This document shows positions 38,606-47,915 of a stretch of DNA of 64,000 nucleotides, one piece after another (the stretch's first letter is position 1; every line of letters starts with the position of its first letter). The position numbers and the translations under genes are program-made. Source of the stretch: Alphaproteobacteria bacterium (GTDB taxonomy: Bacteria > Pseudomonadota > Alphaproteobacteria > CAAHEQ01 > UBA3637). The notes beneath the pieces were generated by a model. The model was not told where the DNA came from. It searched no databases and saw nothing but the letters and a program-made list of their open reading frames with translations. The stretch is from the NCBI GenBank assembly GCA_015062245.1, contig SUVA01000001.1, positions 12,856 to 76,855 on the forward strand, given 5' to 3'.

Positions 38606-38650
38606 TTTTTGACTCCTTTCTTTTATTTGTTCAGACAGTAAATACCTTTT

Positions 38651-38740
38651 GTCATTCCCCACTTGATGGGGCATCCATAAGGATTTAATTCTATGGATCT
38701 TCGTGTCAAGCACGAAGATGACAGTGATGGGGTGGAATGA
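38651..38740. repeat. MITE-like element of about 90 bp with terminal inverted repeats (GTCATTCCCCAC ... GGGGTGGAATGAC), copy 1
   Basis: The 5' 27 nt GTCATTCCCCACTTGATGGGGCATCCA and the terminal GGAATGAC recur at 63489..63575; internal hairpin CTTCGTG-tcaag-CACGAAG. Confidence 0.45.
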
Positions 38741-38754
38741 CAAATACAGTTTAA

Positions 38755-38797
38755 CCCACTGTAATCATACAGTGGGTCGGTTGTGCGTTCGCACAAC
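38755..38797. promoter_or_regulatory. Two adjacent perfect 8-bp-stem hairpins upstream of the pilin-like gene
   Basis: CCCACTGT-aatcat-ACAGTGGG and GTTGTGCG-tt-CGCACAAC. Confidence 0.4.
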
Positions 38798-38815
38798 TTA
38801 ATATTCAAAATTAAA

Positions 38816-38832
38816 TGTGTGTGTGTGTGTGT
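38816..38832. repeat. (TG)8 dinucleotide tract about 210 nt upstream of the pilin-like gene start
   Basis: atgtgtgtgtgtgtgtgtgtac seen directly; a candidate slipped-strand site. Confidence 0.9.
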
Positions 38833-39002
38833 ACAAAGTACATCTATTTTCCCCTTTACCGTGGTTTAAACACATTTTAAATAGCCTCCTATTTCCTTTA
38901 CCTATCCCCACACTAGCATAAATCACCACCCTTGTCAAGCAGATTATTCGGATTTAAAAAATCCCCCGCACGGCACGGGAGATAATAGGAGACATTTTTA
39001 AA

Positions 39003-39079
<77 letters not shown>

Positions 39080-39120
39080 ACAGCTATATTATACGCTATT
39101 TTAATCTCTTGGTCAAGTGT

Positions 39121-41064
39121 TTATTCTGATAAAGTTTCAATCTCTATGCGATTTTTATGGATATAAATAAAATAAATCTTATTTCCTTGGGGGATTAGTT
39201 TATCAATTCGGCAATGCCCACTTTGAATCGGTAAAACGGCAAAATCGGCATTTGCGCAATAATCCGGTGATAAAGCAATCCGTTTACTTTTTATTTCAAC
39301 TATATTATCCTTTATTTTTTCCGACCGATAAAAGCCCAGTTTGTTTTGCCATAAAGTTTGTATCCAATCTTGACCATTTTCATTCGCATAGAAACGGCCA
39401 TTTTGAATATAAGCGATACTTTGGCCTTTATCCGCCACCATCATTATGGGATAATCTGAGTTAAATGCCGTCAATGTGCCCATTAAAATAAGAATGACAC
39501 CCATGATTTTACCCCAGTATTGCCAAAGACAAATAAAGATAATGCCAAAAATGATAAGGCTTAAACCGACCACGCTGAATGAAGGAAGGCTGATTTCGGC
39601 AAAGGGTAATTTTGAAATCCAATCTGCCATCTGTTCAATCCATTCAATAACTGTTCCCGCCCATTGAAAAAGGGCTGAATCCATTTCAAAGGGCATCAAC
39701 AAACATCCGATAAACAATAACGGCATAATAATCAGGGAAAATAAAAAGCTGAACGCAAGATTGCCCAAAATACCATAAGGTGTTATTTGATTAAAGTGCC
39801 ATATAATCAATGGTGTCAATCCCAATGAAATAGCCACACCCAAGGCGCAAAATTCACAAAAATGACGGATATATTTATTTTGGTTGGGCATAAATTGTTT
39901 GAATTTTTCATGAACGCTGACTAAAATTAAAACCGATAAAAAGGAAAGTTGAAAGCTGATAGACATTAAATTTTCCGGCCTGAATATCAACATACAAAAA
40001 CCGGCCAAAATAATTGTTCTGACAGAAAACGTTTTGCGATTGACCAATATCCCCAAAAACACCAAAGCAATCATTAAATAAGAACGAACGGCCGGAATTT
40101 GAAAGCCTGACAACGCCAAATAAAAGCCTGTGCCAATCAATGCAAAAACAGCGGCAATCTTTTTGGTATTCACATACAATGTTAAACGACCACACACAAC
40201 ACCCAATCCCCGAATCAAGAAAAACAAAAATCCCGCCAACAAAGCCATATGAAAGCCGGAAACAGATAAGACATGGACAATCCCTGAACGGCGATAAATT
40301 TGATATAATTCAGGGCTGACCAATCTTTGTTCACCGGTAATCAAAGGTGTGATGATACGGGCCTGATTTTCGGGTAGTATTTGAAAGACATGTTCGGTAA
40401 TTTGATGGCGCAAGCGTTGAAAAATGGTTGGCTTTGCATTTATATCCCGAATATCCAAAACCTGAACAACTTTGCCGATAGCACCGATTTTTTCAAAATA
40501 TAATCTTTTGGCCTGAGAGGTATGAAAGGGTGCTTTAATGCTTACGGGTGGCACCAAATTGACCTTTAATTTGACCCGTTGACCAACCTTTAACAACGGT
40601 TCCAAATTATCGTAATGCAGACGAATTTTATCGGGTTGCTTGATAACGCCCATCGGATAAGAGATGTTATTTAAAATCAAAATCTGTTTATCGGGTAAAA
40701 CAGTATTATCCGTAATTGTGGCTACAATAATTGTATTGGAAAGTTTTTGATTTAAAACTGGATGTGCCACCATCTGATAACGCAAATGACATATTGAACA
40801 ACCCAGCATCACAAATGTTATAAAAAGCATAAAACAAAAGACAAAATCTTTCTTATAAAATAAAATCAATCCCAGCACGGCCAAAGGTAAAATAATTATA
40901 CTTAAAATCGTGGGGAAGTGATAAAAGTATAACAATATCCCCGTCATAAATGCCAAGAAAGACCATATCAGGTGTTCCTGAAACATAGATTTAATTTCTG
41001 CTTTTAACTGTTTAATTTTGGGATGATACAGGGACAACATGGGGGATATTATTTTGAATTTCAT
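39121..41064 (-). CDS. comEC: DNA internalization competence protein ComEC/Rec2 (no C-terminal metallo-beta-lactamase domain)
   Basis: Polytopic membrane protein with Competence domain motif (ITGEQRL ... HVLSVSGFHMALLAG). True start may be an internal Met (e.g. 40986), since the track start overlaps the upstream lipoprotein gene. Confidence 0.8.
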   Translation of the reverse strand: MKFKIISPMLSLYHPKIKQLKAEIKSMFQEHLIWSFLAFMTGILLYFYHFPTILSIIILPLAVLGLILFYKKDFVFCFMLFITFVMLGCSICHLRYQMVAHPVLNQKLSNTIIVATITDNTVLPDKQILILNNISYPMGVIKQPDKIRLHYDNLEPLLKVGQRVKLKVNLVPPVSIKAPFHTSQAKRLYFEKIGAIGKVVQVLDIRDINAKPTIFQRLRHQITEHVFQILPENQARIITPLITGEQRLVSPELYQIYRRSGIVHVLSVSGFHMALLAGFLFFLIRGLGVVCGRLTLYVNTKKIAAVFALIGTGFYLALSGFQIPAVRSYLMIALVFLGILVNRKTFSVRTIILAGFCMLIFRPENLMSISFQLSFLSVLILVSVHEKFKQFMPNQNKYIRHFCEFCALGVAISLGLTPLIIWHFNQITPYGILGNLAFSFLFSLIIMPLLFIGCLLMPFEMDSALFQWAGTVIEWIEQMADWISKLPFAEISLPSFSVVGLSLIIFGIIFICLWQYWGKIMGVILILMGTLTAFNSDYPIMMVADKGQSIAYIQNGRFYANENGQDWIQTLWQNKLGFYRSEKIKDNIVEIKSKRIALSPDYCANADFAVLPIQSGHCRIDKLIPQGNKIYFIYIHKNRIEIETLSE

Positions 41065-41575
41065 TTTCCAAATGCTTTAACATTTGATTGTATAATTTGG
41101 CGTATTCTTTTTCCTTTTGCGCCAAAGATGTTTTTTTGTTCATTTTTACATAATGTTTACCACCCACTTTTAACCGATAAGGCGAAGCACCATTTTTGCG
41201 TTGCACCAATTCAATTTCATAATTTAAAGTATCCTGAATCATATCGGGTTGCCACCAATGTTGGGCAGGTAATTCTTGACGGATAATTTCTGTTTTATGC
41301 AAGATAATATATAAATCTGAATCAAGGTTTTGGGTAATAAAAGTATTATCTATCCAATTTTGCACAATTTGAACAGGTGATAAAGAAAGCCTGTTTTCAA
41401 TGTGGTGGGTTGAATCAAACTTTTTTAAATTGGATATCAACGTTATTTTTTGAACGGGAACCTGATATTGATTTTCCATCTTAAAAAACGAAGCAAAATG
41501 ATTGACAGGCGCAATCATACAAGCGCTTAAAAACAATAAAAAAGAAATTTTTTGTAATTGATTTTTTATACTCAT
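41012..41575 (-). CDS. Hypothetical lipoprotein
   Basis: Start at 41575 (MSIKNQLQKISFLLFLSAC, lipobox LSAC). Confidence 0.5.
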   Translation of the reverse strand: MSIKNQLQKISFLLFLSACMIAPVNHFASFFKMENQYQVPVQKITLISNLKKFDSTHHIENRLSLSPVQIVQNWIDNTFITQNLDSDLYIILHKTEIIRQELPAQHWWQPDMIQDTLNYEIELVQRKNGASPYRLKVGGKHYVKMNKKTSLAQKEKEYAKLYNQMLKHLENEIQNNIPHVVPVSSQN

Positions 41576-41603
41576 TGATATATTATGATTGAAATAAAGG
41601 ATT

Positions 41604-42092
41604 TTGTCAATCATGAAAAAGATAACACCGCAAAGATTAAAAAATATGGCCATTTATTATTTGCAACGTTATGATGCCGGTTCCCATAAACTGCGCACGG
41701 TTTTAATCCGAAAAATCAAAAAAGCACAAATGGAAATGCCTGTTTCAAATGAAGCTTTTATCTGGGTTGAACAGGTGATTGAACAAATGCAAAATTTGGG
41801 CTATATAAATGATGAACGTTATGGCGAAAATGTGGTCAGGCGATTATCTCAATCGGGAAAATCAACAGCCTTTATCAAAAACAAATTGAAAACGGAAGGC
41901 TTTTCACAAGGGCAAATTGATTCTTTGATTTCGGATACGGATGAATTGGCTCAGGCACGGTTATTTGTTCGCAAAAAACGTTTGGGACAGGATTTAAAAA
42001 AAGATTTGGGTAAATTGGCCCGTGCCGGATTTTCCTATGAAATTGCACGCCAAGCCCTGAATCAACCGGAATCAGATGAATTTTTTGATTGA
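41604..42092 (+). CDS. recX: RecA regulator RecX
   Basis: 162 aa; repeated three-helix modules typical of RecX. Confidence 0.6.
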   Translation: MSIMKKITPQRLKNMAIYYLQRYDAGSHKLRTVLIRKIKKAQMEMPVSNEAFIWVEQVIEQMQNLGYINDERYGENVVRRLSQSGKSTAFIKNKLKTEGFSQGQIDSLISDTDELAQARLFVRKKRLGQDLKKDLGKLARAGFSYEIARQALNQPESDEFFD

Positions 42093-42714
42093 AAAAAATG
42101 ATAAAAAAAGGTATAAAGAAAATATGTTTGAAGAATTAGAAAAAATTAAATCAGAATGTCAAAATTGTATGCGTTGCCCTTTGGGGAAAACACGCACAAA
42201 TGTTGTTTTTTCGGCCGGTGTCCCCAATTCGGATATCGTTTTAATCGGTGAAGCGCCCGGCTATAACGAAGATATGACAGGTGAACCTTTTGTGGGGCGT
42301 GCCGGTCAGTTGCTGGATAAGATTTTGGAATCGGTCGGTTTTTCACGCAAAGAAAACATTTATATTTGCAACACAATTAAATGTCGTCCGCCCGATAACC
42401 GTGATCCTTTGCCCGAAGAAAAATCGGCCTGCCGTGAATATTTAAACAGGCAGTTGGATTGTTTGAAGCCCAAAATTATCTTATTGTGCGGTCGGGTGGC
42501 TTTAACATCATTTATTGAAACAAAGCAGGGTATTTCAAAAATACGGGGCCATTGGTTTGACGGGCCCAACGGCGCCAAGATGATGCCGATTTTTCATCCG
42601 TCCTATTTGCTCAGAAATCCGTCCCATAAAGAAGGTTCGCCCAAATGGTTGATGTGGCAGGATATGAAAGAAATCCGCCGTGTTTATGATGAACTTAAAA
42701 CAGGTTTGGCATAA
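42076..42714 (+). CDS. Family 4 uracil-DNA glycosylase (4Fe-4S type)
   Basis: GEAPGYNEDMTGEPFVGRAGQLLD motif; Cys ligands (CQNCMRCPL ... CNTIKCRPP); HPSYLLRNP near C-terminus. Confidence 0.8.
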   Translation: MNFLIEKNDKKRYKENMFEELEKIKSECQNCMRCPLGKTRTNVVFSAGVPNSDIVLIGEAPGYNEDMTGEPFVGRAGQLLDKILESVGFSRKENIYICNTIKCRPPDNRDPLPEEKSACREYLNRQLDCLKPKIILLCGRVALTSFIETKQGISKIRGHWFDGPNGAKMMPIFHPSYLLRNPSHKEGSPKWLMWQDMKEIRRVYDELKTGLA

Positions 42715-43130
42715 AAATGCAAAACATCCGTCAATCGTGGTAATTTAATAATCACATCAAAGGTATATCTGTCCACAATATGATATTCTTTTAAATCAGA
42801 ACGATATAAAATCAATTCTTCACAAAACCGACCGACAATTAAAGCCTTTGCAAATAATTGTTTTAATGAATATTCCATTTGATAGGCCAACAAAGTCGGT
42901 TGGCCAAAAACAGAATCCCGTCTTTCGTGTTCATGGATGGAAAACAACTCCAATCCGTTCCACGATAAACCGTCTGTAATATGTAAAAATTGAATGTAAT
43001 CTGATGGTATTTGAATCCAACCTTTTTTAACCAAAGAAATAGAGGTTCGTTGAATGTCCATCATTTGCGCCGGCGAAAAAAATTGAGCGTAATTTTGATA
43101 AAGGGTATTCAAGATGGTGTTGATGCTCAT
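42684..43130 (-). CDS. Hypothetical protein, last gene of the T4CP operon
   Basis: 148 aa; start ATG overlaps the upstream stop as TAATG; no recognisable motif. Confidence 0.45.
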   Translation of the reverse strand: MSINTILNTLYQNYAQFFSPAQMMDIQRTSISLVKKGWIQIPSDYIQFLHITDGLSWNGLELFSIHEHERRDSVFGQPTLLAYQMEYSLKQLFAKALIVGRFCEELILYRSDLKEYHIVDRYTFDVIIKLPRLTDVLHFYAKPVLSSS

Positions 43131-43807
43131 TATCGTCCCCCTGTTTTGACGGCAATTTGTTGCAAATTGGCACTGCTTAAACCGGCCTGAGTGGAACGGT
43201 CTGATTTTTTCTTGCCCCCTGAACCTGTCATTTCACCGTTGGGAATGTAAATTTTACCCAAAGGCACAGGAATGTATAAAGTTTGCGGATGGCCCACACC
43301 GGCCGAAGTTAAAATTTGTTGATTGATATATTTGTGAATCAATTCATGAAAGGGGTGAATGGGAATCAAAACCAAATTATCCATATCCAAATTGCCCCCA
43401 TATAACAACGGATATTTTAAATGCACCGTCCAATTGGTGGGTAAAATCCCCTTGGACATATAAAAGATACTTTCTTCGGATATATCAGCACTGCGTAAAT
43501 CGTTCACATATTGGGCGACTAAATCTTTTAAAAAAAAGTGTTTAAGTTTTTCCAGTTTTTGATGAAATTCAGCTTCATTTATCGTATGCGGATAATAATT
43601 GGCCGACATCAATTCCATGCCAGCAAAATTTTCCTGTTGAAATAAATCCACCCAATAATCTTGATTTTTTATATCCGAATCCAACCCCTCCATCAAACCA
43701 TCCAAACCAATGGAATCCGTTTGTGTTTTGGGTGCCGAATTATCCATCAACTGGTCCCAGTTGTCATAAATTTCATTGCCGTCCAATTCTGTCAGATTTT
43801 CATCCAT
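43130..43807 (-). CDS. Acidic hypothetical protein co-operonic with the T4CP (candidate adaptor/chaperone)
   Basis: 225 aa; D/E-rich N-terminal half; Cys-free; overlaps the T4CP stop by 8 nt. Confidence 0.45.
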   Translation of the reverse strand: MDENLTELDGNEIYDNWDQLMDNSAPKTQTDSIGLDGLMEGLDSDIKNQDYWVDLFQQENFAGMELMSANYYPHTINEAEFHQKLEKLKHFFLKDLVAQYVNDLRSADISEESIFYMSKGILPTNWTVHLKYPLLYGGNLDMDNLVLIPIHPFHELIHKYINQQILTSAGVGHPQTLYIPVPLGKIYIPNGEMTGSGGKKKSDRSTQAGLSSANLQQIAVKTGGR

Positions 43808-46088
43808 TTAAATCATCCTTGGGTAGTGGTGGTTGAAAAGTCGGTGCTGAGGTCGGTGGTGCAAAAACCCCCTGACCCTGAGGCGGTAAAATTGCCTGAA
43901 CGGGTTGCGCATTATTTTGAAGTTGAATTTGTTGTTCTGTACTTTCTTGCGGTTGAGGTTCTTCCGATTTTTGTTGTTGGTTTTCCGGCGCCCGTCTGTC
44001 CACAATCCATTGGGGAATATATGGGGCGGTCGGAATCTGAGTCTTTTTCAAAAAGCCTTTATCCAAATAATACCGTGGTGCATCGGCCAAAATCGGATGC
44101 GATAAGAACCCTTGGAACAAAACATACTGTTTTAACATATCCAAACTTAAAATATCCGAAGCACTGACCACATCTGATTTTTGCAATTGACGGGATACGT
44201 TTTGCGAAAAGTCAAACATTTTTTGTCCTCCGCCTTCTTGTTTGGATGTGCTTTTAACTTCAATCGTTTTGGAACCAATCATTTTTACAAAACGTTCGGC
44301 TGTTTGTTCGTTGTTTTGGGATAAAATAACTTTTGCCGCCGTTGTTGAAATAATTGTTTCCAAATCGTCTTTACCGTATTGGCCGGAAATTTGGCCTAAA
44401 TCCTGCCCGATTAACAAATAGGCCACCTTTTGTCCACGACCAACAGCCGGACCGTTTTTCACACAATCCAGTTTTGGCATTTGCGGGAATTCGTCCAACA
44501 CGAACAAAACAGGACAAGGCCCACATTTTTTGCCGTCATTACCCACATACCCCGGCGGATTAGCAATTAAAAATGAACTGACCAATTCCACAAAGATACC
44601 CGTAATCACGTTCAAAGCACGGGCATCCACTTGGTTAATGGACAAATAAACGGAAATCGGTTTGATTTTGCCGTCCGCCGGATCCACCATACCACGCAAA
44701 TCACGGAAAGTAAAATCACTGAATTTGGTTCGTTCTTTTACAGCCGCATTTTTAAAAATACTGATACCTGACAAAGCGGTTGATAAAATTGACCCACGTT
44801 CTTTATCGGGCGTACTGGATAACTGATTTAATTCGGCAATAGCCCGACGGGCATAAGCAAAGCGATTACTTTCATTCACGGCCGCATCCAACACGTCCTT
44901 CATGGGATCGGCCATCATGGCCATTTGATCGCCTTCATCGGAACGGCGTTTAATATCGGCGGCGATTTTCATCTGCATATCGGTCAGCCATTCCAAAATC
45001 ATGGCAATACACGGTTCATGCCCGTGCCAGATTTCAGGCAAACCTTCCCACGTACCGACAGGCGCATAGTTATTTAAATTCAGCTGTCCTTTTTTCAAAG
45101 CATCCAAAGCAATCAAGGCACTGTTATCGGACATATCGGCATAATAGGTGGCCAAAACATTGGCGTCTTCTTGATCAAAAGAACCTTCGGATAACTTGTT
45201 GATAAAATAATCGTTGGCACGGGCCCGTTCGCATTTGCTGGCAATAAAGTGCAAAAAACCACTCATGGCATTACGACCTGTTTTACACCAGTGCGGATCT
45301 GCTCCCCCTTTGGGTTCTTCCACCAACACGGCCACCATAGAGTCAATATACATATCTCGGGCCGGTCCCAACGGGGGCAATGCCGTGGGCGATAAAGGAT
45401 TCCAGCTGGGATAAAAGACACCGTTTTGCGGTTCGTCTTGGGCGCCCCAGTTGATGATAAAAACAGGGCCTATTTTATTACGATAACCTGATGTTTGATA
45501 GCATAATTCGGGTTTCACGTCATTGACAATAATACTTAAAGAATCAGATTCAAAAATCGTGGGAATAACCACGCCGGCGGTTTTACCCGTTCCCGGCGGT
45601 GCCACCACCAAGGCGGATAAAGTGTTGGGCATTTTTAACAAACGCCCCTTAAAACGCCCCAAAACGCAACAGAATCCATCAAACAGCCCCATCTTTTTAA
45701 TATCCTGATAGGAGGCCAAACGGCCACTGCCAAAAACGGTGGACAGATTGGAATATGGGTTCGTATACAATCCGACAAAAATAATAATAGGAATAACGGC
45801 AATCGGAATAAACGGCAAAAACATTGCCACAGGCACAGGGGAAATTTCACGAAATTGTTTTATCCAATTGGCATAGGTAATAATAATTTTGCTGGGATGT
45901 AAAAATGCCTTTGACCAAAAATCCCAAGCAATGCCAACCAACGAAATATCCCCCGATAACAACCAATGTGTGATTGGTAAAATCAACAAAGACAATATCC
46001 ACGAACAAAACAATGCAAAAAGAACAGAAAGTATAACATGAGAAATATACTTATTTTTTTCTTTATATTGATCGTCTGCCATTTTCAT
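43800..46088 (-). CDS. Type IV secretion coupling protein (VirD4/TraG/DotL family ATPase)
   Basis: Two N-terminal TM helices, then FGSGRLASYQDIKKMGLF. Walker A VVAPPGTGKTAGVVIPT (compare VirD4/TraG APTRSGKGVGxVIPT) and Walker B VLFVLDEFPQMPKL. About 60-aa Q/P-rich disordered C-terminal tail. Confidence 0.8.
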   Translation of the reverse strand: MKMADDQYKEKNKYISHVILSVLFALFCSWILSLLILPITHWLLSGDISLVGIAWDFWSKAFLHPSKIIITYANWIKQFREISPVPVAMFLPFIPIAVIPIIIFVGLYTNPYSNLSTVFGSGRLASYQDIKKMGLFDGFCCVLGRFKGRLLKMPNTLSALVVAPPGTGKTAGVVIPTIFESDSLSIIVNDVKPELCYQTSGYRNKIGPVFIINWGAQDEPQNGVFYPSWNPLSPTALPPLGPARDMYIDSMVAVLVEEPKGGADPHWCKTGRNAMSGFLHFIASKCERARANDYFINKLSEGSFDQEDANVLATYYADMSDNSALIALDALKKGQLNLNNYAPVGTWEGLPEIWHGHEPCIAMILEWLTDMQMKIAADIKRRSDEGDQMAMMADPMKDVLDAAVNESNRFAYARRAIAELNQLSSTPDKERGSILSTALSGISIFKNAAVKERTKFSDFTFRDLRGMVDPADGKIKPISVYLSINQVDARALNVITGIFVELVSSFLIANPPGYVGNDGKKCGPCPVLFVLDEFPQMPKLDCVKNGPAVGRGQKVAYLLIGQDLGQISGQYGKDDLETIISTTAAKVILSQNNEQTAERFVKMIGSKTIEVKSTSKQEGGGQKMFDFSQNVSRQLQKSDVVSASDILSLDMLKQYVLFQGFLSHPILADAPRYYLDKGFLKKTQIPTAPYIPQWIVDRRAPENQQQKSEEPQPQESTEQQIQLQNNAQPVQAILPPQGQGVFAPPTSAPTFQPPLPKDDLNG

Positions 46089-46094
46089 CTCCCC

Positions 46095-47237
46095 TTATGA
46101 TAAAATTTGTTTTATTTGTTGAATGGTATCTTCCGGCAACGGTTCATATTGTTTGTTTAAAATCTCACCCAGTGTTTTTAATTCCACCGGTCCGCCAATA
46201 TCCGTTCGGCATACAATAACCCCTAAATCATTCCAAGTTCTGAGCATATCTTCGGCATTTATCAGATTCCCTTTGCGTTCAATCAACATCGGTTGAACCT
46301 TTAAATCAAAACCGGCTGAGGTCAGTTTTTGGCCAACGGCCTTCGTTTGTTGAATCAATTCAAAAACAGGCGATACCCGATGATCCGTTTCCGAAAACCA
46401 CAAAGGATCTTCGTCATTAAACGCTTCTTCATCGGCCAACCAATCCCCCTCAATATCGTCATAAATTGCCCACAACATTTGCCCCTGACAAACGGCCACC
46501 AAATCAGGCTTTTTATTGCCCAAATCAATATCCGATAAAATGGTCCACCCTGTATTTATTAAAAGTTCATGGGCGTTTTCTTCAACCGCCTGATGTGTGG
46601 GTAATTGAATTTCATCCAACGGCATATCGGCCATTTGTTTCAAATCGGGTTCAATCGGATTCCACACATTATCCGGCATAGACGGCGTTGGCGAAAAATC
46701 TTGATGATTTGTTGCGGGCGCATTTGCATAAGATGGCATTTCAGTCGACATCGGATTGGATTGCGCAAAACTTTGTTGTTGAACGGGTTGCGCACGCATT
46801 GTGGGGCCCATTGTCGGCATCGGCATCGGGCGTTGCGCCGAAATCGGTGGCGCCTTAACCGTTTTATGTGATGAATGCGACCGATTTTTGTGTTCAGAAT
46901 GTTTTGAGGCAGGGGTTATTTTTTTCTTGATATGTTGGATATGCTTTTGGGGCAACGTTCCCACCTTTTTTGCCGAAGAACGCCACTGTATCTTATTGGC
47001 CCAATACCAAATTCCCAAATACATGGGAATAACCAAAATAAAGGAAATTAAAAAAATCCAATCCCCAACGCTGGATACACGCCATCCGGCGTTTATTTCC
47101 TGAAACAAAAAACGCCACGATTCACTTGAAAAAAGGTTAAAATTCCAATTGATTTGCAAAAAACCACGGAACCACCACCCAAAAAACAGCAGTGCCACAA
47201 CAAAACCAATCAATAAAGTCCTTTTCGGATTTTGCAT
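46095..47237 (-). CDS. Two-TM inner-membrane protein with large cytoplasmic domain, first gene of the T4CP operon (DotM/IcmP-like by size and architecture?)
   Basis: Start at 47237 (MQNPKRTLLIGFVVALLFFGWWF) with RBS AAAGGAAATAAA, giving 380 aa. Two TM segments, a P/Q/M-rich linker and an acidic C-terminal domain. Ends 6 nt before the T4CP start. Confidence 0.5.
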   Translation of the reverse strand: MQNPKRTLLIGFVVALLFFGWWFRGFLQINWNFNLFSSESWRFLFQEINAGWRVSSVGDWIFLISFILVIPMYLGIWYWANKIQWRSSAKKVGTLPQKHIQHIKKKITPASKHSEHKNRSHSSHKTVKAPPISAQRPMPMPTMGPTMRAQPVQQQSFAQSNPMSTEMPSYANAPATNHQDFSPTPSMPDNVWNPIEPDLKQMADMPLDEIQLPTHQAVEENAHELLINTGWTILSDIDLGNKKPDLVAVCQGQMLWAIYDDIEGDWLADEEAFNDEDPLWFSETDHRVSPVFELIQQTKAVGQKLTSAGFDLKVQPMLIERKGNLINAEDMLRTWNDLGVIVCRTDIGGPVELKTLGEILNKQYEPLPEDTIQQIKQILS

Positions 47238-47325
47238 TTTATTTCCTTTTTCTGATGTTATTATACACAAAACAAAAGCATTTGACCAGCAAAAAATGCG
47301 ATAATTAAAAAAAATAGGAACAGAC

Positions 47326-47354
47326 TTGTAAAACAAACAAAAATAAGGTATAAT
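47326..47354 (+). promoter_or_regulatory. Sigma70-like promoter of the J-domain gene (divergent from the T4CP operon)
   Basis: TTGTAA-17 nt-TATAAT. Confidence 0.45.
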
Positions 47355-47378
47355 TTAACTTTAATTCGGAATGAAAAA

Positions 47379-47912
47379 ATGAGACGCAAAACAGAACCCA
47401 AAAAACGATTACATGATTGCGACTTCCCCGGCTGTCCCGAGGCAGGTGAATACCGTGCCCCAAAGGACAGAACGTTGCGTTCACATTATTGGTTTTGCCA
47501 AAAGCATGTGGCTGAATATAATAAAAAATGGGATTTTTTAAAAGGTCTTTCCCCCGAAGAAATAGAAGAACAATTGCGTAATGATACAACATGGCAACGC
47601 CCCCGTTGGAAGTTGGGGTCAAATATCGGCGGTATGCCCCGATTTAAAGATTCCATGAATGTTTTTTCGGAAGAACGGTTGGGGATGGACGGCGGTTATA
47701 ATCCCCCAACACAATCTTTAAAATATCCGCCCAAAGTGCAACGGGCGATTGCCTTTATGGATTTAAATGTTCCCCTTCAATTATCGGATATAAAAAAGCA
47801 ATATAAGGTCTTGGCCAAAAAGTATCATCCGGATGTCAGCAAAGCGGATGCCTCACTTTTTCAACGCCTGACCCAAGCATACGAAACTTTATTGGATTAT
47901 CTGAAAGGATAA
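47379..47912 (+). CDS. J-domain protein with N-terminal Cys/His cluster
   Basis: C-terminal J domain (KKQYKVLAKKYHPD); N-terminal CDFPGCPEAGEY ... FCQKH. Confidence 0.7.
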   Translation: MRRKTEPKKRLHDCDFPGCPEAGEYRAPKDRTLRSHYWFCQKHVAEYNKKWDFLKGLSPEEIEEQLRNDTTWQRPRWKLGSNIGGMPRFKDSMNVFSEERLGMDGGYNPPTQSLKYPPKVQRAIAFMDLNVPLQLSDIKKQYKVLAKKYHPDVSKADASLFQRLTQAYETLLDYLKG

Positions 47913-47915
47913 AAA

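Noticed and set aside
43800-46088. Reading the T4CP as an FtsK/SpoIIIE paralog
   Set aside because: The VirD4/TraG-type P-loop context (APPGTGKTAGVVIPT), the N-terminal TM hairpin followed by the GSxRxA...DIKK box and the DEF Walker B all favour a coupling protein. A bona fide FtsK is already present at 2172..4355.
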